Under the pieces are notes generated by a model. The model did not search any database and had not been told where the DNA came from. It saw nothing but the letters and a program-made list of their open reading frames with translations. A stretch of DNA of 64,000 bases from an uncultured Ardenticatenaceae bacterium (GTDB taxonomy: Bacteria; Chloroflexota; Anaerolineae; Promineifilales; Promineifilaceae), in the NCBI GenBank assembly GCA_964389925.1, contig CAYMGE010000002.1, forward strand, positions 47,729-111,728, read 5' to 3'. Both the position numbers and the translations under genes were made by a program. Positions 31,120 through 38,319 of the stretch are shown here, one piece after another; within the stretch, counting starts at the first letter, position 1; every line of letters begins with the position of its first letter.

Positions 31120-32319
31120 TTATTGTTTGCTGTCTATTGCGGTCTTTAACTGCTTGCCAAGCAACATTCGCCCTGTATCGGTTTTGAATACGTCGATGAG
31201 GGTGCGCCAGACGGCGAGCTTGCTGCGGAAATCGGCCGACCATTGAGCCGTTGCCGCACGATCTTCAACACCGCGCTTGATGCGGTCGGTTAATGTTTGG
31301 ACAGGTTTTTGCTGGCTGCGTTTGAGGATGTCAGAAAGACCGAGTGTGGCGATATGGTCACGCAGTTTCGCGGGTGTTGCACCTGCCAAACGCTGCATGA
31401 CATCGGCGGGGACAGGCGCACTCAATAGCTTTTGTGCAAGCGCCAGACCCGCAAGGGCATAGGGCGCAGCGCGGCGGTCGATAGCGCGTTGTGTGAACGT
31501 TTGCCAGTCGATATTACCGGCATGACTGACGCGCATGATGTCGGTGAACTGAACGAGAGACGGTGCGCCTTCGATCAGATGAAAGCAAAAGTGAACGCAG
31601 ACATGCAGAAGCAAATCTTCGCGGCTCAGAACACGGCAAGTGTGGTCGCCAAATTGAGCAATTTCAGCACGTTCACGGATGCCGGGTGTGATGTTGACTT
31701 TAAGACCATACCACGACTCTTCAATCGAGCTATGCGGTTCGATCATTCGGTCATTCTTGGCGGAAAGATAGGGGTTTGGGGTGTTATCAGCCGCCCCCTC
31801 GCGCTTAAATGTCGAAGTATGCTTTGTCACGCCTGCACCTGACTCGGCCGATTTATGCTTCCCGCCATAGCCTATCTCGCTCAACATCTGTTCTGCTTGC
31901 GCCAACTGCGCTGGCTCAAATAGCAGGTCAATGTCGTTCATCGGGCGCAGGGCGGGTTCAGGGTAAACGTGCGCGGCGAGGTGTGCGCCTTTGAGGGCAA
32001 TCGGCCGAATGCCTCGCACTTCGCACGCCGCCAACACGTCGTCTAGCTGCGTGTAAATGGCTGTCGCCCGTTTAGCTTGCGCGGCGTGTGTCACCTTGAG
32101 TTTGGCAAATGCACGTATTGGCAGGTCGAGTTGCCACTCGCTGACGCGATGGTAAAGCTGGGGAGCCAGCCCTAACACAATTGCACGAATAGCGACATCG
32201 TCCCACACGCTATCCTCTGCGAGTCGATCACCCCACTTGGTTTGCCATTGCTCGGCCGACCAATCGGGGCGTAATGCGTCTAAGATAAATTCAGTTGCTT
32301 GTAATGGGGATTTTTTCAT
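31120..32319 (-). CDS. Nucleotidyltransferase, NTP_transf_5 (PF14907-like) family
   Basis: The ORF-track start at 32328 is TTG; ATG at 32319 (MKKSPLQ) has GAGG upstream. Signature IALKGAHLAAHVYPEPALRPMNDIDLLFEP (G...DxD of the pol-beta NTase fold). Confidence 0.75.
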   Translation of the reverse strand: MKKSPLQATEFILDALRPDWSAEQWQTKWGDRLAEDSVWDDVAIRAIVLGLAPQLYHRVSEWQLDLPIRAFAKLKVTHAAQAKRATAIYTQLDDVLAACEVRGIRPIALKGAHLAAHVYPEPALRPMNDIDLLFEPAQLAQAEQMLSEIGYGGKHKSAESGAGVTKHTSTFKREGAADNTPNPYLSAKNDRMIEPHSSIEESWYGLKVNITPGIRERAEIAQFGDHTCRVLSREDLLLHVCVHFCFHLIEGAPSLVQFTDIMRVSHAGNIDWQTFTQRAIDRRAAPYALAGLALAQKLLSAPVPADVMQRLAGATPAKLRDHIATLGLSDILKRSQQKPVQTLTDRIKRGVEDRAATAQWSADFRSKLAVWRTLIDVFKTDTGRMLLGKQLKTAIDSKQ

Positions 32320-32323
32320 TTGC

Positions 32324-32342
32324 CTCAATTGCCAAAGAGAGA
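32324..32342. repeat. Left arm of a perfect 19-bp inverted repeat flanking the twin peptide genes
   Basis: CTCAATTGCCAAAGAGAGA is the exact reverse complement of 32718-32736. It overlaps the SD region of the nucleotidyltransferase gene. Confidence 0.9.
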
Positions 32343-32421
32343 CGCGCTACCAAACGAGTTGATGTTCAGTCTGTGCGGCAACGTTTGTTACCGGATGGCT
32401 TACGCCATCAATAAAATCGGT

Positions 32422-32487
32422 TTAGTGAGAGCTAAAGGTAACTTGAGAAAGTTCTTCGTGCTTTTGGATTTCTGGCTTTACGTACAT
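32422..32487 (-). CDS. Small peptide gene, copy 1 (21 aa: MYVKPEIQKHEELSQVTFSSH)
   Basis: ATG with AGGAG 7 nt upstream, TAA stop. The peptide is identical to copy 2, and all differences between the copies are synonymous. Confidence 0.7.
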   Translation of the reverse strand: MYVKPEIQKHEELSQVTFSSH

Positions 32488-32616
32488 GGGAATGCTCCTA
32501 TGATTAAAGTTGTGATTGTGTTTGATACGTTTGTATCGGGTTGTGGATACTGTTGTATCCATGGTCACGTGTGTGACCGTGCGCTTATGCGCTGAATTAG
32601 AGACGCGATCTTCGGC

Positions 32617-32682
32617 TTAGTGAGAGCTGAAGGTAACTTGAGACAATTCTTCGTGCTTTTGAATTTCTGGTTTTACGTACAT
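32617..32682 (-). CDS. Small peptide gene, copy 2 (21 aa: MYVKPEIQKHEELSQVTFSSH)
   Basis: ATG with AGGAGA 6 nt upstream, TAA stop. Differs from copy 1 at AAA/AAG, ATT/ATC, TTG/CTT, TTC/TTT only. Confidence 0.7.
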   Translation of the reverse strand: MYVKPEIQKHEELSQVTFSSH

Positions 32683-32717
32683 AAGGTTCTCCTAAAAGGA
32701 TAATGTCTGTTAGCGAA

Positions 32718-32736
32718 TCTCTCTTTGGCAATTGAG
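32718..32736. repeat. Right arm of the perfect 19-bp inverted repeat
   Basis: TCTCTCTTTGGCAATTGAG. Lies 36-54 nt upstream of peptide copy 2 and just downstream of the predicted promoter. Confidence 0.9.
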
Positions 32737-32749
32737 CATCGTAACAGGG

Positions 32750-32778
32750 TGTATAACGCAGTTTTTCAGATTTGTCCA
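32750..32778 (-). promoter_or_regulatory. Sigma-70-like promoter candidate for the peptide operon
   Basis: On the minus strand, TGGACA-17 nt-TATACA. This would place the 5' end of the transcript a few nt before the right IR arm. Prediction by eye only. Confidence 0.35.
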
Positions 32779-32818
32779 GCAAATGGCTCGTTTTGGGGGG
32801 GTAGAACGGGGTTGGATG

Positions 32819-32840
32819 ATTGATTTCGGCCGAAATCAAT
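32819..32840. repeat. Perfect 22-bp palindrome ATTGATTTCGGCCGAAATCAAT (extended TCGGCCGA site)
   Basis: Self-complementary over 22 bp. Lies between the rimM stop (32907) and the predicted peptide-operon promoter. No U-run follows on either strand. Confidence 0.8.
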
Positions 32841-32906
32841 GCAATTTACGCCATTCAGCGTATAACTACCTCTCATCACTTCGAGCTGCACCAATGGACA
32901 AACGGC

Positions 32907-33464
32907 TCAAAGCAACCCGTCTGGCAAATGCACAAGCAGTTGCCCATTGGCAATGTCAACCTCTAGTATCACCCCTTCAATATCGGGAATCAAAATCTCG
33001 CCTTGCTCACCCTGCACAATGAAGACATCATTTGCACCCGTTTCGAGGATTTGGCTGACTGTGCCAAGCTGTTCTCCCGTATCGGTCAGCACGTTGATGC
33101 CAATGGCTTGAAATGCGTAGAATTCATCTTCTGCGAGCGGTAGCGCATCCTCTAGCGTGACAAAAAGCCAGTGTTGACGTAGTGTCCCAGCCTCTTCGCG
33201 CCCGTTGATTTCGGCAAATTTGACGAGGGCTTCTTCTTTGTTGAAGCGCACGTTTTCAACGGTCAGGGGGCGTGGGTTAGCGTCATTCGGCCGACGCGAC
33301 ACATATACGCGCTCTAAATCAAAGAAACGCGCAGGTTCATCGCTTTCAACGGAAACCTTTAGTTCCCCCATCACGCCGTGCGGCTTACGAATAAACCCTA
33401 TAATCAAAAAACGAGGTTCCGCAGAACCTCGCTCCCTTTCTCTTGGTGAAAGATTGTTTGTCAT
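32907..33464 (-). CDS. rimM: 16S rRNA processing protein RimM
   Basis: 185 aa. IGFIRKPHGVMGELKV N-terminal barrel block plus a PRC-barrel C-terminus. Conserved position after rpsP and the KH gene. Confidence 0.9.
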   Translation of the reverse strand: MTNNLSPRERERGSAEPRFLIIGFIRKPHGVMGELKVSVESDEPARFFDLERVYVSRRPNDANPRPLTVENVRFNKEEALVKFAEINGREEAGTLRQHWLFVTLEDALPLAEDEFYAFQAIGINVLTDTGEQLGTVSQILETGANDVFIVQGEQGEILIPDIEGVILEVDIANGQLLVHLPDGLL

Positions 33465-33691
33465 AATACTTCGAGCGTGACCCGTTTGCCCTCTTTTGCG
33501 CCAAGCGACTGAACAATCGTGCGGAGGGCATTGATGACACGTCCTTTGCGGCCGATGACGCGCCCTGTATCCTCATCTGCAACACGCACCTCAACGATGA
33601 TAGATGACTCACCTGCCATCTCTGTCACTTCGACCATATCTGGTTCATCAACCAGCGATTTCACCATATATTCGACTAAATCTTTAAACAT
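33461..33691 (-). CDS. KH-domain RNA-binding protein (UPF0109 / YlqC-like)
   Basis: Start set at the ATG at 33691 (MFKDLVEYMV) with GAGGGA upstream. GXXG motif in VIGRKGRVINALRTIV. Overlaps the rimM start by 4 nt. Confidence 0.85.
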   Translation of the reverse strand: MFKDLVEYMVKSLVDEPDMVEVTEMAGESSIIVEVRVADEDTGRVIGRKGRVINALRTIVQSLGAKEGKRVTLEVL

Positions 33692-33843
33692 AATTCCCTC
33701 AAGGTGTTTACCCAAAATAGTTGTACGTTATTCTCATCTTCACAGTGCTTATGATTGTATGCCCTAATGAAGAAATCGCAACGCGCAGACTGCCAAAATG
33801 GCTATTTATATCTCAAAACAGCCATTTTGATAACTATTTGAAA

Positions 33844-34356
33844 CTATGCTTCGCTCGTTTCGTCGGTCTCATCGTTTCCAGTAACAGCGTCAACAAGATT
33901 GCTGACCACGTTAGAAACCACCTCAACTGCGTCTGACGCAGCTTCGCTAACAGCTTCACTCACGGCCGCGGCCGCATCACTCACAGTCTCTTGCACAGAC
34001 TCAATGACGCTGCTTGCAGTCTCCTCAGCCTCTTCAACGATGGGCGGCCATGGCGTGCCTTCAAACTCAGCGACCAACTTGCCCATTTCTTCACCGGCAC
34101 GGAAGCGTGCAAGGCGATCTAGTGTGCCTTGTTTTTCCAAGAGACGACGAACCGCATCTGATGGCTGTGCGCCAACGCTCAACCAGTGCAAGGCACGTCC
34201 TTCTTCAACTTTATAAACAATGGGATCAACCATTGGATTATAATAGCCAATCTGCTCAACAAAACGACCATCGCGCTTAGAGCTACTTTCTGCTACCACA
34301 ACGCGATAACTTGGTTGCCGTTTCTTCCCACGGCGTGCTAAACGAATACGTAACAT
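33844..34356 (-). CDS. rpsP: 30S ribosomal protein S16 with a C-terminal extension of about 85 aa
   Basis: Start set at the ATG at 34356 (MLRIRLARRGKKRQPSYRVVVAES) with GGAGAA upstream. The core S16 is followed by an Ala/Val/Ser/Glu-rich tail. Confidence 0.9.
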   Translation of the reverse strand: MLRIRLARRGKKRQPSYRVVVAESSSKRDGRFVEQIGYYNPMVDPIVYKVEEGRALHWLSVGAQPSDAVRRLLEKQGTLDRLARFRAGEEMGKLVAEFEGTPWPPIVEEAEETASSVIESVQETVSDAAAAVSEAVSEAASDAVEVVSNVVSNLVDAVTGNDETDETSEA

Positions 34357-34645
34357 TTTTAATTCTCCACAATCATTCGATTCTACTGCCATCTCAGCAG
34401 AACCATGTTTTTGTCGCTTGATTGCGACGCAAACCAGTGTTCGGTGAAGTCGAACGACACCCTGTTGAGCAAACGTCCGTCTGCTCATGACACTGACAAA
34501 GCGATCACAGATGGTCAATCACCCATCGCTATGGACGAATTCAAGCTCGTCCACAGCGACAGACTATCAACCGCATCGTAAAGTATATTGCGTGTTCAGT
34601 TTACGCAATACTGCTGCATACGGCATCAAAATGTGCGCTGTATGC

Positions 34646-34702
34646 GTGAAAAATCGTAAATGGTGAAAGTGAGGCACACGCCCTTCATTACCATTCACCG
34701 TT
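34646..34702 (-). terminator. Hairpin/attenuator just downstream of ffh (heptamer-repeat family)
   Basis: On the minus strand, AACGGUGAA ... UUCACCAUU (one mismatch) followed by UACGAUUUUUC. The right side is made of heptads CATTACC ATTCACC GTTGACA ATTTACC ATTGTGC (34686-34720). Confidence 0.4.
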
Positions 34703-34720
34703 GACAATTTACCATTGTGC

Positions 34721-36055
34721 TTAGATACCTAAGCTCCGCATTAAATTTTTAAGACCCTTCCCCTTCCCACGAGTGAGCTTTTTCATTGTCCCCTGCATTT
34801 CGCGGAATTGACGTAGCAGCGCATTGACATCCTGCACTGTTGTTCCTGAGCCTTTTGCGATTCGACGCTTGCGATTTGCCTTCATGAGCTTGGGGTTCCG
34901 TCGTTCAGCGGGGGTCATCGACTGAATGATGGCTTCAATGCGCTTCATGTCGCCCTCGGCCTCATTCATATCGACCTCTTTCATCATCTGGTTCATACCG
35001 GGCAACATCGACATGATTGAACCAATTGAGCCAAGCTTTTTGATCTGCTGCATTTGGCTCAAGAAATCTTCAAGGTCGAACTTCCCGTCCATCAGGCGTT
35101 GCCCTGCCCGTTCGGACACCTCTTGGTCAAGCTGAAGCTGCGCTTTCTCAACGAGGGTTAGCACATCACCCATGCCGAGAATACGATCAGCGAGGCGGTC
35201 AGGATGGAACTCTTGCAATGCGTCGAGCTTTTCGCCGACACCGAGATATTTGATCGGCACGCCAGTCACTTCGCGCACTGAAATCGCCGCACCACCACGT
35301 GCATCGCCGTCTACCTTTGTCATGATTAGGCCGGTGATGTCAACGGCGTTATCGAAGTCCCGTGCCACGCCGACAGCCGTTTGCCCTGTCATCGCATCAA
35401 CGACCAGAATTGTCTCGATGGGATCGACCCGCGCTTTGATGTCGCGGATTTCATCCATTTTCATCTCATCTATGTTGAGTCGGCCGGCTGTGTCCAGAAT
35501 GACCACAGTGTGACCATTTTGCTTGGCAAATTCGACCCCATTGGCGCAAATATCGCGGGGGTCTGCGTCCGTCCCCTCGTCGTAGACAGGAATGTTAAGC
35601 TGTTTGCCAACCGTGATGAGCTGATTAACGGCAGCGGGTCGATAGACATCGGCCGCCACCAACAGCGGCCGACTACCCTTGCGCCGCAACTGCAAAGCTA
35701 GCTTGCCAGAGGTCGTCGTCTTACCTGACCCCTGTAACCCAACCATCATGATAACGGTTGGGTGCTGCACACCAAGCTGCAAACGACCGGGTTCACCCAG
35801 AAGCTCCACCAGCTCGTCATGCACAATTTTGACGACCTGCTGTGAGGGCGAAATGTTTCGCATCACCTCATCGCCAATCGAACGTTCTTTAACACGCTTG
35901 ACGAAGCTCTTAACAACTTTGAAATCGACATCGGCCGCGATCAGCGCCAAGCGAACTTGACGCATTGCCATGTTAATATCTTCTTCCGTCAATCGGCCCT
36001 GCCGAGACAGGTCATCAAACACATTTTGTAAGCGGTCGCCTAAAGCCTCAAACAT
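34721..36055 (-). CDS. ffh: Signal recognition particle protein Ffh
   Basis: Start set at the ATG at 36055 (MFEALGDRLQ). GLQGSGKTTTSGKLA, DTAGRL, TKVDGDARGG, Met-rich M domain (MLPGMNQMMKEVDM). Confidence 0.95.
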   Translation of the reverse strand: MFEALGDRLQNVFDDLSRQGRLTEEDINMAMRQVRLALIAADVDFKVVKSFVKRVKERSIGDEVMRNISPSQQVVKIVHDELVELLGEPGRLQLGVQHPTVIMMVGLQGSGKTTTSGKLALQLRRKGSRPLLVAADVYRPAAVNQLITVGKQLNIPVYDEGTDADPRDICANGVEFAKQNGHTVVILDTAGRLNIDEMKMDEIRDIKARVDPIETILVVDAMTGQTAVGVARDFDNAVDITGLIMTKVDGDARGGAAISVREVTGVPIKYLGVGEKLDALQEFHPDRLADRILGMGDVLTLVEKAQLQLDQEVSERAGQRLMDGKFDLEDFLSQMQQIKKLGSIGSIMSMLPGMNQMMKEVDMNEAEGDMKRIEAIIQSMTPAERRNPKLMKANRKRRIAKGSGTTVQDVNALLRQFREMQGTMKKLTRGKGKGLKNLMRSLGI

Positions 36056-36267
36056 AGTTATTTTTGTGCAATCTGCACGCAATCACAACTCGCAAGCTCT
36101 CATGTTTTGAGCGTTGAGAATTCCCAAAACATAGATTCTATTTTGCGATTTGATGGTTGCGTTAAATTGCAGGTGGGGGACTCCACAAGGGGTCAAATGA
36201 TAGCTAAGGACAGATTTTGTGTCAACTGTCGACCGCTACGCTGCGAGAGTTCTGATGTTAATGGATG

Positions 36268-38316
36268 TCAATCCTCCATTAGTGCGTCCCATTCGGCCGA
36301 TAGCTCCCCAACCTCTTGCTCGACCCGCGCCAACGCTTGCTCTAAGTCGCTCACTAGCTCGTCTATACCCAGCAGTTTCGCGTCTGCAAGCTGCATCTGC
36401 AACGTCTCTAGGCGTGCTTCGGCCGCGTCAAGCAGCGGCTCCAGTTCACCGAGCCGCTTGCGCCACTGTTTAGACGATAGTTCCTCGTCAAAATCATGCT
36501 GAAAGGTAAGGATGCTATCGATTGATTTTTCGAGTGCCTCATCGGTCTTTTGCGGTTCCTTCCCCTTTTCTATTTCCTGTTCAAGCTCGCGTTTCTCAAG
36601 ATAAGTCGCATAACCATCTTCATAGACATATAGTTTGCCATCACGAATTGACCATATTTGCGTCGCTAATTTGCTGACGAGATAGCGATCATGACTAACA
36701 AAGATCAGCGTGCCGTCGTACTGTTCCAACACAGATTGCAGCACTTCTTGTGAGGGAATATCGAGATGGTTGGTCGGCTCATCAAGCAGCAAGAAATTTG
36801 CGCCCTGTGTCGCCAGAATTGCCAATGCCAATCGGCCGCGCTCGCCTCCGCTCAAGTCACGAACCTTTTTGAAAACGGTGTGACCACGAAACAGATAGCT
36901 TGCCAAGATATTGCGTGCCTGCTGCGTGCCAATTGGGGCAGCGTTGATGAGTTCGTCGATCACGCGATTGGCAGGATTCAGTTGGTCATGTGCTTGGGCA
37001 AAATAACCAAGCGCCAAGTTTTCGCCAACTTTTACGTCCCCTAACGTCCAAAGCTGTCCGCTATCAGCAAAGCGTTGTTGGCAGCTTTTCAAAATCGCTT
37101 TGATGAACGTCGATTTTCCGCTGCCGTTTTCGCCCAGAATGGCAATGCGGTCGCCGCGCTCAATGCGGAGCCGCTCGGAGGTGACAAGCGGTTTATCCTC
37201 GTAGCCAGCTCGTAGGTTTTTTGATTGGAGGACGAGTTTATCGCTTGTTTCGGCCGATTCCAGCCGAACTTTCATCACGGGTGGCTTGCTACTCACCATC
37301 CGCAATCCACGCAGCCGCCTTCGCGCTTCATTGGTCGAAAATGTGCGCGTGCGCCCTCCAACCTCAATCCAGCTTTTCCCCTCCAATTCGGTCGGGGGGA
37401 AGTTTTCCAACAGGACGATTTCCCGCGTCAGCCGCTTGAGCTTCCCCTTCGCCTGATCGCTCTGTCCATCGGCAATGTGCTGGCGAATAAAGTCAAACTC
37501 TTTTTCGAGCCTTCCCTTTTTGGCCTTGAATAAGGACGCTTCGCGCTCCCAATCTTGCATTCGACGTGCCACATAGTTGGTGTAGTCGCCCTGATATGTT
37601 TTTAGTGCAGAGGGGGTGAGTTCCCAAATAGCCGTCGCAATTTTGTTCAAGAAGTAACGATCATGGCTGACGATGAGTAGTGTGCCAGCCCATTTTCGCA
37701 GCGTATTTTCGAGCCATTCAACGGCCGACCAGTCAAGATGGTTGGTTGGTTCATCCAAAATCAACAGATCGGGTTTTTCCAGCAACAGACGAGCCAACAA
37801 GACGCGCGTTTTTTGTCCGCCACTCAAGTGAGAGAGAGGGGTTTGCCATGTCGCTTCGGGGAAGCCAAGACCGATGAGCGTTAGCTTGATTTCGGCCGAA
37901 AAATCCCAACCACCGCCCATCTCAAACGCATTTTGCACCCTTCCATATCTTTCAAGTAGCTCCTCTGAAAAATCGCCTGCTTCCATGCACGTTTCCATCT
38001 GGCGCATCTGTTCTTGTAATGCAGTCAAATCCCCAAACACGGTCAACATTTCTTCGTAAATCGTGTTTTCCTGACCCCGAAACGCCAAGACTGCTTCCTG
38101 TTGCAATACCCCTAACGACAGCTCGCGCTGCGTCACAACCTCGCCCGTGCGCGGTTCCTGCAATCCCGCCAAAATATGTAGCAGCGTTGTTTTGCCACAC
38201 CCATTTGCACCCACCAACCCAACGCGCTCCTTCACGTTGAGCCGCACGTCAATTTCGCTAAATAAATCTTCAGCCCCAAACGACTGCGCTAAATTTCTGG
38301 CACTTAATATCGTCAT
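36268..38316 (-). CDS. ABC-F family ATPase (two NBDs, no TMD, C-terminal coiled coil)
   Basis: 682 aa. Walker A GANGCGKTTLL and GENGSGKSTFI, signatures LSGGQKTRVLLA and LSGGERGRLALA, charged linker between the NBDs. Confidence 0.9.
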   Translation of the reverse strand: MTILSARNLAQSFGAEDLFSEIDVRLNVKERVGLVGANGCGKTTLLHILAGLQEPRTGEVVTQRELSLGVLQQEAVLAFRGQENTIYEEMLTVFGDLTALQEQMRQMETCMEAGDFSEELLERYGRVQNAFEMGGGWDFSAEIKLTLIGLGFPEATWQTPLSHLSGGQKTRVLLARLLLEKPDLLILDEPTNHLDWSAVEWLENTLRKWAGTLLIVSHDRYFLNKIATAIWELTPSALKTYQGDYTNYVARRMQDWEREASLFKAKKGRLEKEFDFIRQHIADGQSDQAKGKLKRLTREIVLLENFPPTELEGKSWIEVGGRTRTFSTNEARRRLRGLRMVSSKPPVMKVRLESAETSDKLVLQSKNLRAGYEDKPLVTSERLRIERGDRIAILGENGSGKSTFIKAILKSCQQRFADSGQLWTLGDVKVGENLALGYFAQAHDQLNPANRVIDELINAAPIGTQQARNILASYLFRGHTVFKKVRDLSGGERGRLALAILATQGANFLLLDEPTNHLDIPSQEVLQSVLEQYDGTLIFVSHDRYLVSKLATQIWSIRDGKLYVYEDGYATYLEKRELEQEIEKGKEPQKTDEALEKSIDSILTFQHDFDEELSSKQWRKRLGELEPLLDAAEARLETLQMQLADAKLLGIDELVSDLEQALARVEQEVGELSAEWDALMED

Positions 38317-38319
38317 CTT

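Noticed and set aside
32376-32592. CRISPR-like appearance of repeated short palindromes
   Set aside because: The units differ in sequence, are 12-18 bp, have no regular repeat-spacer periodicity, and no cas genes are present. Not a CRISPR array.
32324-32736. Interpreting the IR-flanked peptide cassette as an IS/MITE
   Set aside because: No transposase, no obvious target-site duplication next to the arms (flanks ...TTTGC and CATCG...), and I saw no other copy of the 19-mer in the window. Kept only as a minor alternative in the finding.
32320-32839. 91-aa (+, 32320-32595) and 80-aa (-, 32597-32839) ORFs from the track
   Set aside because: Both start at non-ATG codons, lack SD sites and run through hairpins and the IR arm. 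The duplicated DNA is conserved in the frame of the 21-aa peptides (all differences synonymous there), not in these frames.
34357-34518. N-terminal extensions proposed by the ORF track (also 25766-25885, 33692-33715, 36056-36082, 59203-59379, 61252-61308, 62398-62445, 62822-62887, 14561-14641, 43892-43963)
   Set aside because: The extensions begin at TTG/GTG or overlap upstream genes. In each case an internal ATG coincides with the start of family homology, several preceded by an SD-like motif, so I trimmed the starts.
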